Shown here: positions 37,237 through 46,439 of the stretch, piece by piece
Layout of the letters: each line of letters begins with the position of its first letter
How positions within the stretch are numbered: position 1 is the stretch's first letter
Assembly: GCA_048498055.1 (NCBI GenBank)
Contig: JBEHYS010000014.1
Span: forward strand, 10,624-74,623
Reading direction: 5' to 3'
From: Bacteroidota bacterium
GTDB lineage: Bacteria > Bacteroidota > Bacteroidia > Flavobacteriales > Flavobacteriaceae
DNA: 64,000 bases
Notes under the pieces: generated by a model
Told to the model about the DNA's origin: nothing
What the model saw: only the letters and a program-made list of their open reading frames with translations
Databases searched by the model: none
Made by a program: the position numbers and the translations under genes

Positions 37237-40200
37237 GTGGAGAAAAAGGTCAAAAGTACGCGTTCCAGAAGATTCCTGAAAATCACGCTCCGTATTATTC
37301 TCGGACTGCTGCTGCTTTTGTTGCTGTCGGGCATCGCGCTTACTTTGCCGATCGTGCAAACCCAGCTCGGGACATACGCCACCGACAAAATCAACCAGCA
37401 ATACCATACCGACATCAAAATCGACCAGATTGCGGTTTCGGTTTTCGGCGGGGTGAAGTTCAAGAAGGTCATGATCCGCGACCATCACAAAGATACTTTG
37501 ATTTATGCCAACCGGCTCCAGACCAACATCCTGAGTTTCCGGCAACTTTACAACGGCGATCTGCTTTTCGGTTCGATCCGCGGCGACAGGCTGATGCTGA
37601 ACATGAAAATCTACAAAGGCGAAAAAGACTCGAACCTCGACCGCTTCATCAAGTCTTTCGACAACGGAAAACCGTCCTCGGGAAAATTCCTGCTCAAATC
37701 CGACGACGTCTATCTTACCGACAGCCGGTTCGTCCTCGTCGACGAAAATTTGGCAAAACCCAAAACGCTCGACCTGACGCGGCTCAATGCAACAATCGGC
37801 GACCTCAAGGTACACGGTCCGGTGGTGACGATGAACATCAAGAAAATGGCGTTCCAGGACCATCGCGGGTTATATGTCCAAAACCTGACGACCGATTTCA
37901 AATACGACAAGACCAACATCAACCTGAAAAAACTTGATCTCAGGACCGAGCATTCGTTCTTTAATGGCGATGTGATTCTTTCTTACGACAAGACGTTCCA
38001 CGATTTCAACAACAAAGTCAAATTCGATGTCAGCGTAAAAAAAGCTTCGGTGGCCACCAACGACATCAACTATTTCTACGGTGAGCTTGGTCGCGACCGG
38101 CATTTCGATTTTACGGCAAATCTTTCCGGAACGCTCAACAACTTTACGGCGAAAAAGCTGAAACTCATCGATGACCGCAAATCGGAAATCGCCGGAAACG
38201 TGACGTTCAAAAACCTGCTCGGCAACGAAAAACAGGATTTTTACATGAGCGGCACGTTCAATAAAGTGATTTCGGATTACGACAACCTGACCGGATTGTT
38301 GCCGAATATTCTTGGTAAAAAACTGCCAACCGACCTGAAAAAACTGGGGCGTTTCAACCTGCGCGGCGTTGCCGAAGTCACGGCCAAAAAGGTCGATGCC
38401 GATTTTTACATGACCACAGCGCTCGGCAACATCCAGTCGCAACTTTTGATGACCGACATCGACAATATCGATCAGGCGTCGTATAACGGTTATGTGATCC
38501 TGGAAAACTTCCAGCTTGGGAATTTCCTCGGCCGCAAAGACCTCGGCAACGTGTCGCTGAATCTCGATATCAAAGGCAAAGGTTTTAAGGAGAAATACCT
38601 AAACACATCGTTTTCGGGCGATATCTACAAGGTCAATTACAACGGCTATACGTATTCGAACATCGACGTGAACGGCAAATTCAAAGAACCGGTTTTTACG
38701 GGGAAAGTTTTCATCAACGATCCGAATTTGTTCATGGATTTCGACGGAACGGCGACACTCGGCAAAAAAGACATCCTGTATGATTTTCATACGAAAATCG
38801 ATTACGCCGATCTGGTCAAGCTTCATCTGGTCAAAAAAGACACGATCTCGATCTTCAAGGGCGACGTCCGGATGAAGGTCAAAGGCAATTCGCTCGACAA
38901 TATGCAGGGCGACGTTTACATCACCCAGACTTCGTTCCAGAACCAGAAAGACACGTATTTCTTTGACGATTTCGCAATAAAATCGGAATTCGACGAAAAC
39001 CGTGTCCGGACGATTTCGATCAACTCGCCCGATATCATCCAGGGCAAAATCGTCGGGAAGTTCGAATTCGCGCAACTGCAGAAAATGGTCGAGAATTCCC
39101 TCGGCAGCCTGTATGCGAACTATTCGCCGAACAAGGTCAAGAAAGGCCAGTTCCTGCGGTTCGATTTCGCGATCTACAACAAAATCATCGAAATCTTTTA
39201 TCCCGGGATTTCGGTCGGCGCCAATACGGTTGTAAACGGCAACATCAATTCGGACAACAACGAGTTCAAGATGAATTTCACCTCGCCGCAGATCAATGCG
39301 TTCGAGAATTATTTCGACAAGGTCAGCATCAAGCTCGACAACAAAAATCCGTTGTACAACGCGTATGTCGAGATGGACAGCATCCGGACGAAATACTACA
39401 AAGTCTCCGATTTCAGCCTGATCAACGTCACGAAAAACGATACGCTCTACGTGCGCTCGGAGTTCAAGGGCGGCAATCAGGCGCAGGATTTCTACAATCT
39501 GAATTTTTACCATACCATTGACAAGAACCGGAACAGTATCGTCGGGATCAGCAAATCGGAGCTGAAATTCAAGGATTATCTCTGGTACCTGAACGAAAAG
39601 GACGAGGCCGACAATAAGATCGTCTTTGACAAACAGCTCAAAAACTTTACGATAGACAACATCATCCTGTCTCACGAAGGCCAGATGGCGCAGCTCAACG
39701 GCTCATTAAAAGGTAAGGATTTCAAGGATTTGCAGCTGACGTTCCACGATATCGACCTGGCCAAAATTACGCCGACGCTCGACAAGTTCACGATCAAAGG
39801 CCAGCTCAACGGTGTCGTGAACTTCAAGCAGGATAAAAGCATTTACCAGCCGACGTCGTCGCTCGTGGTGGAAAAACTCAACGTGAACAACGTCGATCTC
39901 GGAAGGCTCAACATCGATGTGCGCGGCGACGATACGTTCCGGAAATTCTACGTGAATTCGGAGCTGACCAACCGGGATCTCGAATCGTTCAACGCTGCCG
40001 GGTCGTTTACGATCCAGGACAAAGTGACCAACGCCGATCTCGATCTGCGGTTCGACCGGTTCAATCTTGGTGCGCTGGCTTCGCTCGGCGGCGACGTAAT
40101 TACCAATATCAAAGGTTTTGCCTCGGGAAGCGCACGAATCGAAGGCGATCTGAGCGACCCGGAAATCAATGGAAGGCTTTTCCTCGACGACGCAGGACTG

Positions 40201-41760
40201 ACCATTCCGTATCTGAATGTCAACTATGAACTGGAGCACAAATCGGTGGTCGACGTGACCGAATCGGCGTTCATCGTCCGGAACTCGCAAATCCGGGATA
40301 CGGCTTTCAACACCGTGGGCTATCTCAACGGCAGGATCCGGCACAACAAATTCTCGGACTGGCAGCTCGATCTCGATATTTCCTCGGACCGGCTGCTCGC
40401 GCTCAATACGCAGGACAGCGAAGACGCGGCCTATTACGGCACGGCTTTCATCAACGGCACGGCCCGGATTACCGGCCCGACCGATGGCTTGTTCATCAAG
40501 GTCGACGCCGAATCGGAAACCGGAACCAACATCAAGATCCCGATCAACGACGCGCAGGAAGTCGGCAGCAACAGCTACATCCATTTCCTGACACCGAAGG
40601 AAAAGCTCAACGAGAAAAAAGGCGTTGCGGAACAAGTAAAGAATTATAACGGCGTCGAGCTGAAGTTCAATTTCGACATCAACGAGAAAGCCAACATCGA
40701 GGTAATCCTCGACCGCAACACCGGCCACCGGATGGAAGGCAACGGCCGCGGAACATTGCTTTTCGACATCAATACGCTTGGGAAATTCAATATGTACGGC
40801 GATTTCCAGATCTATAAAGGAACCTATTATTTCAAATACGGCGGATTGATCGACAAGAAGTTCGACGTTAAAAAATTCAGCTCGATCACCTGGGAAGGCG
40901 ATCCGATGCGTGCCGTGCTGAATCTCGAAGCGACGTATAAAACGACCGCAAACCCGGCCATTCTGGTTGAAAACCCGTCGTTCAACAAAAAAGTCCCGGT
41001 CGATGTCGTCATCGGGATCAAGGGCAGCCTTTCGAGCCCCGAGCCGGATTTCAATATCAATTTCCCGACGGTAAGTTCGGTATTGAAATCCGAAATTCAA
41101 TATAAACTCGACGATAAGGACGTTCGCCAGACACAGGCGCTGTACCTGCTTTCTTCGGGCGCTTTCCTGAGCCCGGAAGGTGTGAGCCAGTCGGATTTTG
41201 CCGGAAATTTATTTGAGCGGGCGAGCGGCCTGTTCAACGACATTTTCCAGGACGAGGACGGAAAATTCGTCGTCGGGCTCGATTACGTATCGGCCGACAA
41301 AAGGCCCGGCATCGAAACCGATGGGCGCGTCGGCGTGAGCGTTTCGACGAAAGTCAACGACCGGATTACCATCAACGGCAAGGTAGGCGTGCCGGTAGGC
41401 GGCATCAACGAATCGGCGATCGTGGGCGATGTCGAAGTGCAATACCGCGTCAATGAAGACGGAACGCTGAACCTGAAGGTATTCAACCGCGAGAACGACA
41501 TCAATTACATCGGGCAGGGCATCGGTTATACGCAGGGCATCGGGATTTCGTATGAGGTCGATTTCGACACGTTCAAGGAATTCGCCAACAAGATTTTCAA
41601 GAACATCAAGATCGAGAAGGTATCTTCGGGCGACGACGATGTGATTCCCGATTCGCAGCCGCTGCCGGAGTACATCAGGATGGAAGACAAAAAACCGAAA
41701 AAGAAGGAGCCTGAAAAGCCGAAACCGGTGCAGGAGGCCGTTCCTCCGACGGACGATTAA
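37237..41760 (+). CDS. tamB: Translocation and assembly module protein TamB (AsmA-like)
   Basis: N-terminal TM anchor, long beta-rich body and a C-terminal TamB/DUF490-like region (WEGDP...LNLEATY); start codon uncertain. Confidence 0.88.
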   Translation: MEKKVKSTRSRRFLKITLRIILGLLLLLLLSGIALTLPIVQTQLGTYATDKINQQYHTDIKIDQIAVSVFGGVKFKKVMIRDHHKDTLIYANRLQTNILSFRQLYNGDLLFGSIRGDRLMLNMKIYKGEKDSNLDRFIKSFDNGKPSSGKFLLKSDDVYLTDSRFVLVDENLAKPKTLDLTRLNATIGDLKVHGPVVTMNIKKMAFQDHRGLYVQNLTTDFKYDKTNINLKKLDLRTEHSFFNGDVILSYDKTFHDFNNKVKFDVSVKKASVATNDINYFYGELGRDRHFDFTANLSGTLNNFTAKKLKLIDDRKSEIAGNVTFKNLLGNEKQDFYMSGTFNKVISDYDNLTGLLPNILGKKLPTDLKKLGRFNLRGVAEVTAKKVDADFYMTTALGNIQSQLLMTDIDNIDQASYNGYVILENFQLGNFLGRKDLGNVSLNLDIKGKGFKEKYLNTSFSGDIYKVNYNGYTYSNIDVNGKFKEPVFTGKVFINDPNLFMDFDGTATLGKKDILYDFHTKIDYADLVKLHLVKKDTISIFKGDVRMKVKGNSLDNMQGDVYITQTSFQNQKDTYFFDDFAIKSEFDENRVRTISINSPDIIQGKIVGKFEFAQLQKMVENSLGSLYANYSPNKVKKGQFLRFDFAIYNKIIEIFYPGISVGANTVVNGNINSDNNEFKMNFTSPQINAFENYFDKVSIKLDNKNPLYNAYVEMDSIRTKYYKVSDFSLINVTKNDTLYVRSEFKGGNQAQDFYNLNFYHTIDKNRNSIVGISKSELKFKDYLWYLNEKDEADNKIVFDKQLKNFTIDNIILSHEGQMAQLNGSLKGKDFKDLQLTFHDIDLAKITPTLDKFTIKGQLNGVVNFKQDKSIYQPTSSLVVEKLNVNNVDLGRLNIDVRGDDTFRKFYVNSELTNRDLESFNAAGSFTIQDKVTNADLDLRFDRFNLGALASLGGDVITNIKGFASGSARIEGDLSDPEINGRLFLDDAGLTIPYLNVNYELEHKSVVDVTESAFIVRNSQIRDTAFNTVGYLNGRIRHNKFSDWQLDLDISSDRLLALNTQDSEDAAYYGTAFINGTARITGPTDGLFIKVDAESETGTNIKIPINDAQEVGSNSYIHFLTPKEKLNEKKGVAEQVKNYNGVELKFNFDINEKANIEVILDRNTGHRMEGNGRGTLLFDINTLGKFNMYGDFQIYKGTYYFKYGGLIDKKFDVKKFSSITWEGDPMRAVLNLEATYKTTANPAILVENPSFNKKVPVDVVIGIKGSLSSPEPDFNINFPTVSSVLKSEIQYKLDDKDVRQTQALYLLSSGAFLSPEGVSQSDFAGNLFERASGLFNDIFQDEDGKFVVGLDYVSADKRPGIETDGRVGVSVSTKVNDRITINGKVGVPVGGINESAIVGDVEVQYRVNEDGTLNLKVFNRENDINYIGQGIGYTQGIGISYEVDFDTFKEFANKIFKNIKIEKVSSGDDDVIPDSQPLPEYIRMEDKKPKKKEPEKPKPVQEAVPPTDD

Positions 41761-41900
41761 TTCGATTATGTCGCATGTAACCGTTATCCCGAAAACTTAT
41801 CAACGAAAACGTTTGAATTTCTAAATCTTTATTAAATTAATAATAAGGCAAGACCGATAGTCTGTCATGTTTGCTAATTTTACACTTCAATACTTAATAA

Positions 41901-42887
41901 ATGCCAAAAACAATAAAGAAAATAGGTGTGCTGACTTCCGGTGGCGATTCGCCGGGAATGAATGCCGCCATTCGTTCGGTCGTCCGGACTTGTGCGTACC
42001 ATGGCATTGAATGCGTCGGGATTTACCGCGGTTATCAAGGGATGATCGAGGGCGATTTCAAGGAAATGGGCCCGAGAAGCGTCAACAACATCGTCAACAA
42101 AGGCGGAACGATCTTAAAATCGGCGCGCTCCAAGGAATTCATGACGCCCGAAGGCCGCAAAAAAGCGCATGAAAAACTCACGAAAGCGGGTGTCGATTCG
42201 CTGGTCGTAATCGGTGGCGACGGAAGCTTTACCGGCGCAGAGATTTTCAACAACGAATTCGGTTTCCCGGTCATGGGAATTCCCGGAACCATCGATAACG
42301 ACATTTTCGGCACGAGCCACACTTTGGGATACGATACGGCTTTGAATACTGTTGTCGAGGCAATCGATAAAATCCGCGATACGGCAAGCTCGCACAACCG
42401 GCTTTTCTTTGTGGAAGTCATGGGCCGCGATGCCGGACACATCGCACTCAATGCGGGAATCGGCGCCGGCGCCGAAGAAATCCTGATTCCTGAAGAAAAC
42501 CTCGGGCTCGACCGTCTGGTCGAATCGCTCCAGCGCAGCAAGGCTTCCGGAAAATCGTCGAGCATCGTCGTGATTGCCGAAGGCGACAAGATCGGGAAAA
42601 GCGTTTTCGGTCTCAAGGATTATTTTGAGGAGCATTTTCCGGAATACGACATCCGGGTTTCGGTGCTCGGGCACATGCAGCGCGGGGGCTCGCCAAGCTG
42701 TTTCGACCGCGTACTGGCCAGTAGATTGGGTGTAAAAGCAGTAGAATCGCTGCTTGAAGGCAAGTCGAATTTCATGGTTGGGCTCGGCGATGATAAAGTA
42801 ATCCTGACGCCGCTTGAGAAAGCCATCAAAGGAAAATCGCAGATTGACCGGGAATTGATCCGTGTGTCGGATATTATGACGACTTAA
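41901..42887 (+). CDS. pfkA: ATP-dependent 6-phosphofructokinase
   Basis: Motifs TSGGDSPGMNA, IGGDGS, TIDND, EVMGR and GHMQRGG. Confidence 0.97.
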   Translation: MPKTIKKIGVLTSGGDSPGMNAAIRSVVRTCAYHGIECVGIYRGYQGMIEGDFKEMGPRSVNNIVNKGGTILKSARSKEFMTPEGRKKAHEKLTKAGVDSLVVIGGDGSFTGAEIFNNEFGFPVMGIPGTIDNDIFGTSHTLGYDTALNTVVEAIDKIRDTASSHNRLFFVEVMGRDAGHIALNAGIGAGAEEILIPEENLGLDRLVESLQRSKASGKSSSIVVIAEGDKIGKSVFGLKDYFEEHFPEYDIRVSVLGHMQRGGSPSCFDRVLASRLGVKAVESLLEGKSNFMVGLGDDKVILTPLEKAIKGKSQIDRELIRVSDIMTT

Positions 42888-42890
42888 ATC

Positions 42891-42970
42891 TTAGTCGATG
42901 GTCGTTAGTCTATGGTCGTTGGAAGGAATCCAAAGACCAAAGACCAAAGACCAAAGACCAAAGACTAAAA
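42891..42970. repeat. Facing heptamer arrays: (TTAGTCG/ATGGTCG)x4 then (CCAAAGA)x5
   Basis: Five perfect CCAAAGA units at 42930-42964; the upstream array is partly complementary (TGGTC/GACCA, TTAGTC/GACTAA). Confidence 0.9.
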
Positions 42971-43011
42971 CAAATATTAATCGAAATCAGGATTTGATGT
43001 GAGGAAATTGA

Positions 43012-44043
<1,032 letters not shown>

Positions 44044-44055
44044 AATTTTAGATTT

Positions 44056-44094
44056 GGGAAATCCCGTTATCGTTAGCTGCAGCGGGATTTTTAT
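44056..44094 (+). terminator. Terminator after gap
   Basis: AAATCCCG...CGGGATTT followed by a T run. Confidence 0.7.
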
Positions 44095-44107
44095 TTTATA
44101 ACGGAAT

Positions 44108-44223
44108 GCCCGCGTTAGGGATAGAGGCATTGTAGGAGCTTTTGCGAGACCTGCAAGGTTTTTAAAACCTTGCAGGTCTGCAAAGCGACTGCCGAAAGCC
44201 CGGCCGTAAGGCAACGCCCAAAA
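44108..44223 (-). repeat. Dispersed structured repeat, copy 2, with a nested 33-bp REP-like palindrome
   Basis: Same ends as 30781-30865. AGACCTGCAAGGTTTT-T-AAAACCTTGCAGGTCT at 44147-44179 has perfect 16-bp arms. Confidence 0.88.
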
Positions 44224-44238
44224 ATAACAGCAATTAAT

Positions 44239-44273
44239 CTAGCCGCTAGCCACTAGCCGCTATCAACTAACCA
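44239..44273 (+). repeat. Heptamer array CTAGCCG-type x5 immediately upstream of a start codon
   Basis: CTAGCCG CTAGCCA CTAGCCG CTATCAA CTAACCA. Confidence 0.8.
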
Positions 44274-44275
44274 AA

Positions 44276-45127
44276 ATGAAATTACTCGTAGACAGCGGTT
44301 CGACCAAAGCAGACTGGATTTCGATCGACGACAGCGGCAAGGTATTGTTTACCACGCAAACCCTCGGGCTGAATCCCGAAGTGCTCGGCAAGGACCAGAT
44401 CATTGCGCGGCTCGACGACAAGTTCGACATCTCGCACAACAAGAAAAGCGTGACGCACCTGTACTTTTACGGCGCGGGCTGCGGCACCGACCGGATGAAA
44501 AATTTCCTCGCGGGCGTTTTTAAGGAATATTTCCCGACGGCGGTCGTTTCGGTACAGGAAGATACGTATGCCGCCGTGTATGCGACCACGCCGAAAGGCG
44601 AGCAGGCGATCGTCTCGATTTTGGGAACGGGCTCGAACTGTAGTTTTTTTGACGGTATCGTGCTCCACCAGAAAGTTCAGTCTTTGGGCTACATCGCGAT
44701 GGACGATTGCAGCGGCAACCAGTTTGGGCGGCAATTGATCCGCGGCTATTATTTCAACAAAATGCCGAAGGATTTGGCCGAAAAGTTTGAAAAAGCCTAC
44801 GACCTCGACGCGGATACGATCAAGCATCATTTGTACAAAGAACCGAACCCGAACGCGTATCTCGCAACATTCGCGAAATTCCTGATCGAGTACAAGGACG
44901 AAAAATTTTGTCACGACATCATTATTGCGGGCATGGAAGATTTTGTCGAGAACTACATCAAGCAATACGACAATTACGGGGACGTTCTGGTGCATTTCAT
45001 CGGGTCGATCGCTTTCTATCTGAAAGACGAGCTGAAAACCGTCCTCGACAAGCATGATATTTTGCTCGGAAACGTATTGCGCCGGCCGATCGACGGTCTG
45101 ATTGCGTATCATTCAATCAACAAATAA
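44276..45127 (+). CDS. BadF/BadG/BcrA/BcrD-type ATPase (N-acetylglucosamine kinase-like)
   Basis: Motifs DSGSTK, YGAGCG, ILGTGSN and GSIAF. Confidence 0.88.
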   Translation: MKLLVDSGSTKADWISIDDSGKVLFTTQTLGLNPEVLGKDQIIARLDDKFDISHNKKSVTHLYFYGAGCGTDRMKNFLAGVFKEYFPTAVVSVQEDTYAAVYATTPKGEQAIVSILGTGSNCSFFDGIVLHQKVQSLGYIAMDDCSGNQFGRQLIRGYYFNKMPKDLAEKFEKAYDLDADTIKHHLYKEPNPNAYLATFAKFLIEYKDEKFCHDIIIAGMEDFVENYIKQYDNYGDVLVHFIGSIAFYLKDELKTVLDKHDILLGNVLRRPIDGLIAYHSINK

Positions 45128-45495
45128 TGGAAATCGCGATCATTGCCCACGACCGGATGAAAGCCGACATGGTACAGTTCCTGAACAAGAACAAGCAAAT
45201 CCTGCAATCGGAAAACATCAAGCTCATCGCGACCGGAACCACCGGCGGCAAAGCGGAAGCCGTGGGTTTCAAAGTCAAAAAAATGCTTTCGGGCCCGATG
45301 GGCGGCGATGCCCAGATTGCGGCGCGCGTAGCCGAAGGGAAAACCAAAATGGTGCTCTTTTTCAAAGACCCGAATTCGAGCCATGCGCACGAGCCGGATA
45401 TTTCAATGCTGATAAGGGTTTGCGATGTGCATAATATTCCGCTCGCCACTAATGAGGCGACGGCGCAGTTGTTGTTGAATGCTTTGGAAAAATAA
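45127..45495 (+). CDS. mgsA: Methylglyoxal synthase
   Basis: Motifs IAHD, ATGTTG, SGPMGGDAQI and HEPDI. Confidence 0.95.
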   Translation: MEIAIIAHDRMKADMVQFLNKNKQILQSENIKLIATGTTGGKAEAVGFKVKKMLSGPMGGDAQIAARVAEGKTKMVLFFKDPNSSHAHEPDISMLIRVCDVHNIPLATNEATAQLLLNALEK

Positions 45496-45519
45496 ATGTC
45501 GGCGAAAAGCCGACATTTT
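45493..45519 (+). terminator. Hairpin after mgsA
   Basis: AAATGTCGGC-GAAAA-GCCGACATTT followed by T. Confidence 0.7.
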
Positions 45520-46040
45520 GTACTTATCTTCTTTTGTCTGCTAACAAAAGAAGCAAAAATAGCTGAGCGCTAAAATTTCAAACTGAAAAACTACCTCGAA
45601 TTTCCGTTCCGCGTACCAAGCCGCTCGCCTTACAGGCTCGATTCCAGGTACGCTGCCGCTTCAATTCTTCGTTGTTTTTTGAAGTTTGAAATTTCTATGC
45701 GCACTATTTGGAAGGTGTTACTTTATTTTCAGCTCGCTCCGCAGTGCTGAAAATCAAAACCGGAAGTTTTAGTTATGGATAAGCTGATTCTGAGAATTAA
45801 CTTCCGGCGACACGCAGAAGCTCACGCGGCGTTTTTTATTTGCGTAAGATTTTCAAGCTTTATTGCTTGGAAACAAGTCTTGCATGAGCGAAGCGAAAGA
45901 ATAAAGCTGGAGTAACGCCGGAGCGAGCCTGCAAAGGTAAGCGGCTTGCGTTGCGATTAAAGCAATAAACTTAGAAAATCAAACAAATTAAAATGCCGCT
46001 ACCGCCTTTTGCTACTTTGCGGCGAAGCAAAGTAGAAAGA
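45520..46040. other. Unassigned ~520-bp highly base-paired non-coding element with inverted hairpin ends (MITE/REPIN-like or structured ncRNA)
   Basis: At least six helices readable by eye (see findings); no credible ORF. Confidence 0.6.
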
Positions 46041-46043
46041 AAA

Positions 46044-46427
46044 TCACTTCACAGCAATCATCGAAATCTCAACATTAACGTTTTTCGGCAACACCGAAAC
46101 CTGAACCGTTTCCCGGGCCGGAGCGTTTTTTTCATCGAAATAGCTACCGTAAACCGAATTGATTTTTGCAAAATCGTTCATGTCGGTAATGAAAATCGTG
46201 GTTTTCACGACGTGCGCGAAATCCATATCGGCGGCGTTTAGGACCGCTTTGAGATTTTTCATGACCTGGGTCGTTTCGGCCTCGATGTTGTCAAGCACGA
46301 GTTCGCCGTTATTTTCGGGATCGATCGCAACTTGTCCCGAAGTGAACAGCATATTTTCCGAAAGAACCGCCTGGCTGTACGGCCCGATTGGTGCGGGCGC
46401 TTTGTCGGTGTAAATAATTTTCTTCAT
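46044..46427 (-). CDS. ridA: RidA family reactive-intermediate deaminase
   Basis: Motifs APAPIGPYSQA, PARETVQV and VEISMIA. Confidence 0.93.
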   Translation of the reverse strand: MKKIIYTDKAPAPIGPYSQAVLSENMLFTSGQVAIDPENNGELVLDNIEAETTQVMKNLKAVLNAADMDFAHVVKTTIFITDMNDFAKINSVYGSYFDEKNAPARETVQVSVLPKNVNVEISMIAVK

Positions 46428-46439
46428 AAATGATAAATT

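Noticed and set aside
38599-41100. Long minus-strand ORFs (358 and 464 aa) inside tamB, and similar ones inside gyrA, ptrB, bshA and the thioredoxin gene
   Set aside because: In-register antisense shadows caused by codon bias; no motifs and unnatural composition.
41805-41818. LacI/CcpA-like operator (GAAAACGTTTGA) upstream of pfkA
   Set aside because: Only the 8-bp core AAACGTTT is palindromic, and similar cores occur elsewhere (for example ~19338 and ~7599); not distinguishable from chance.
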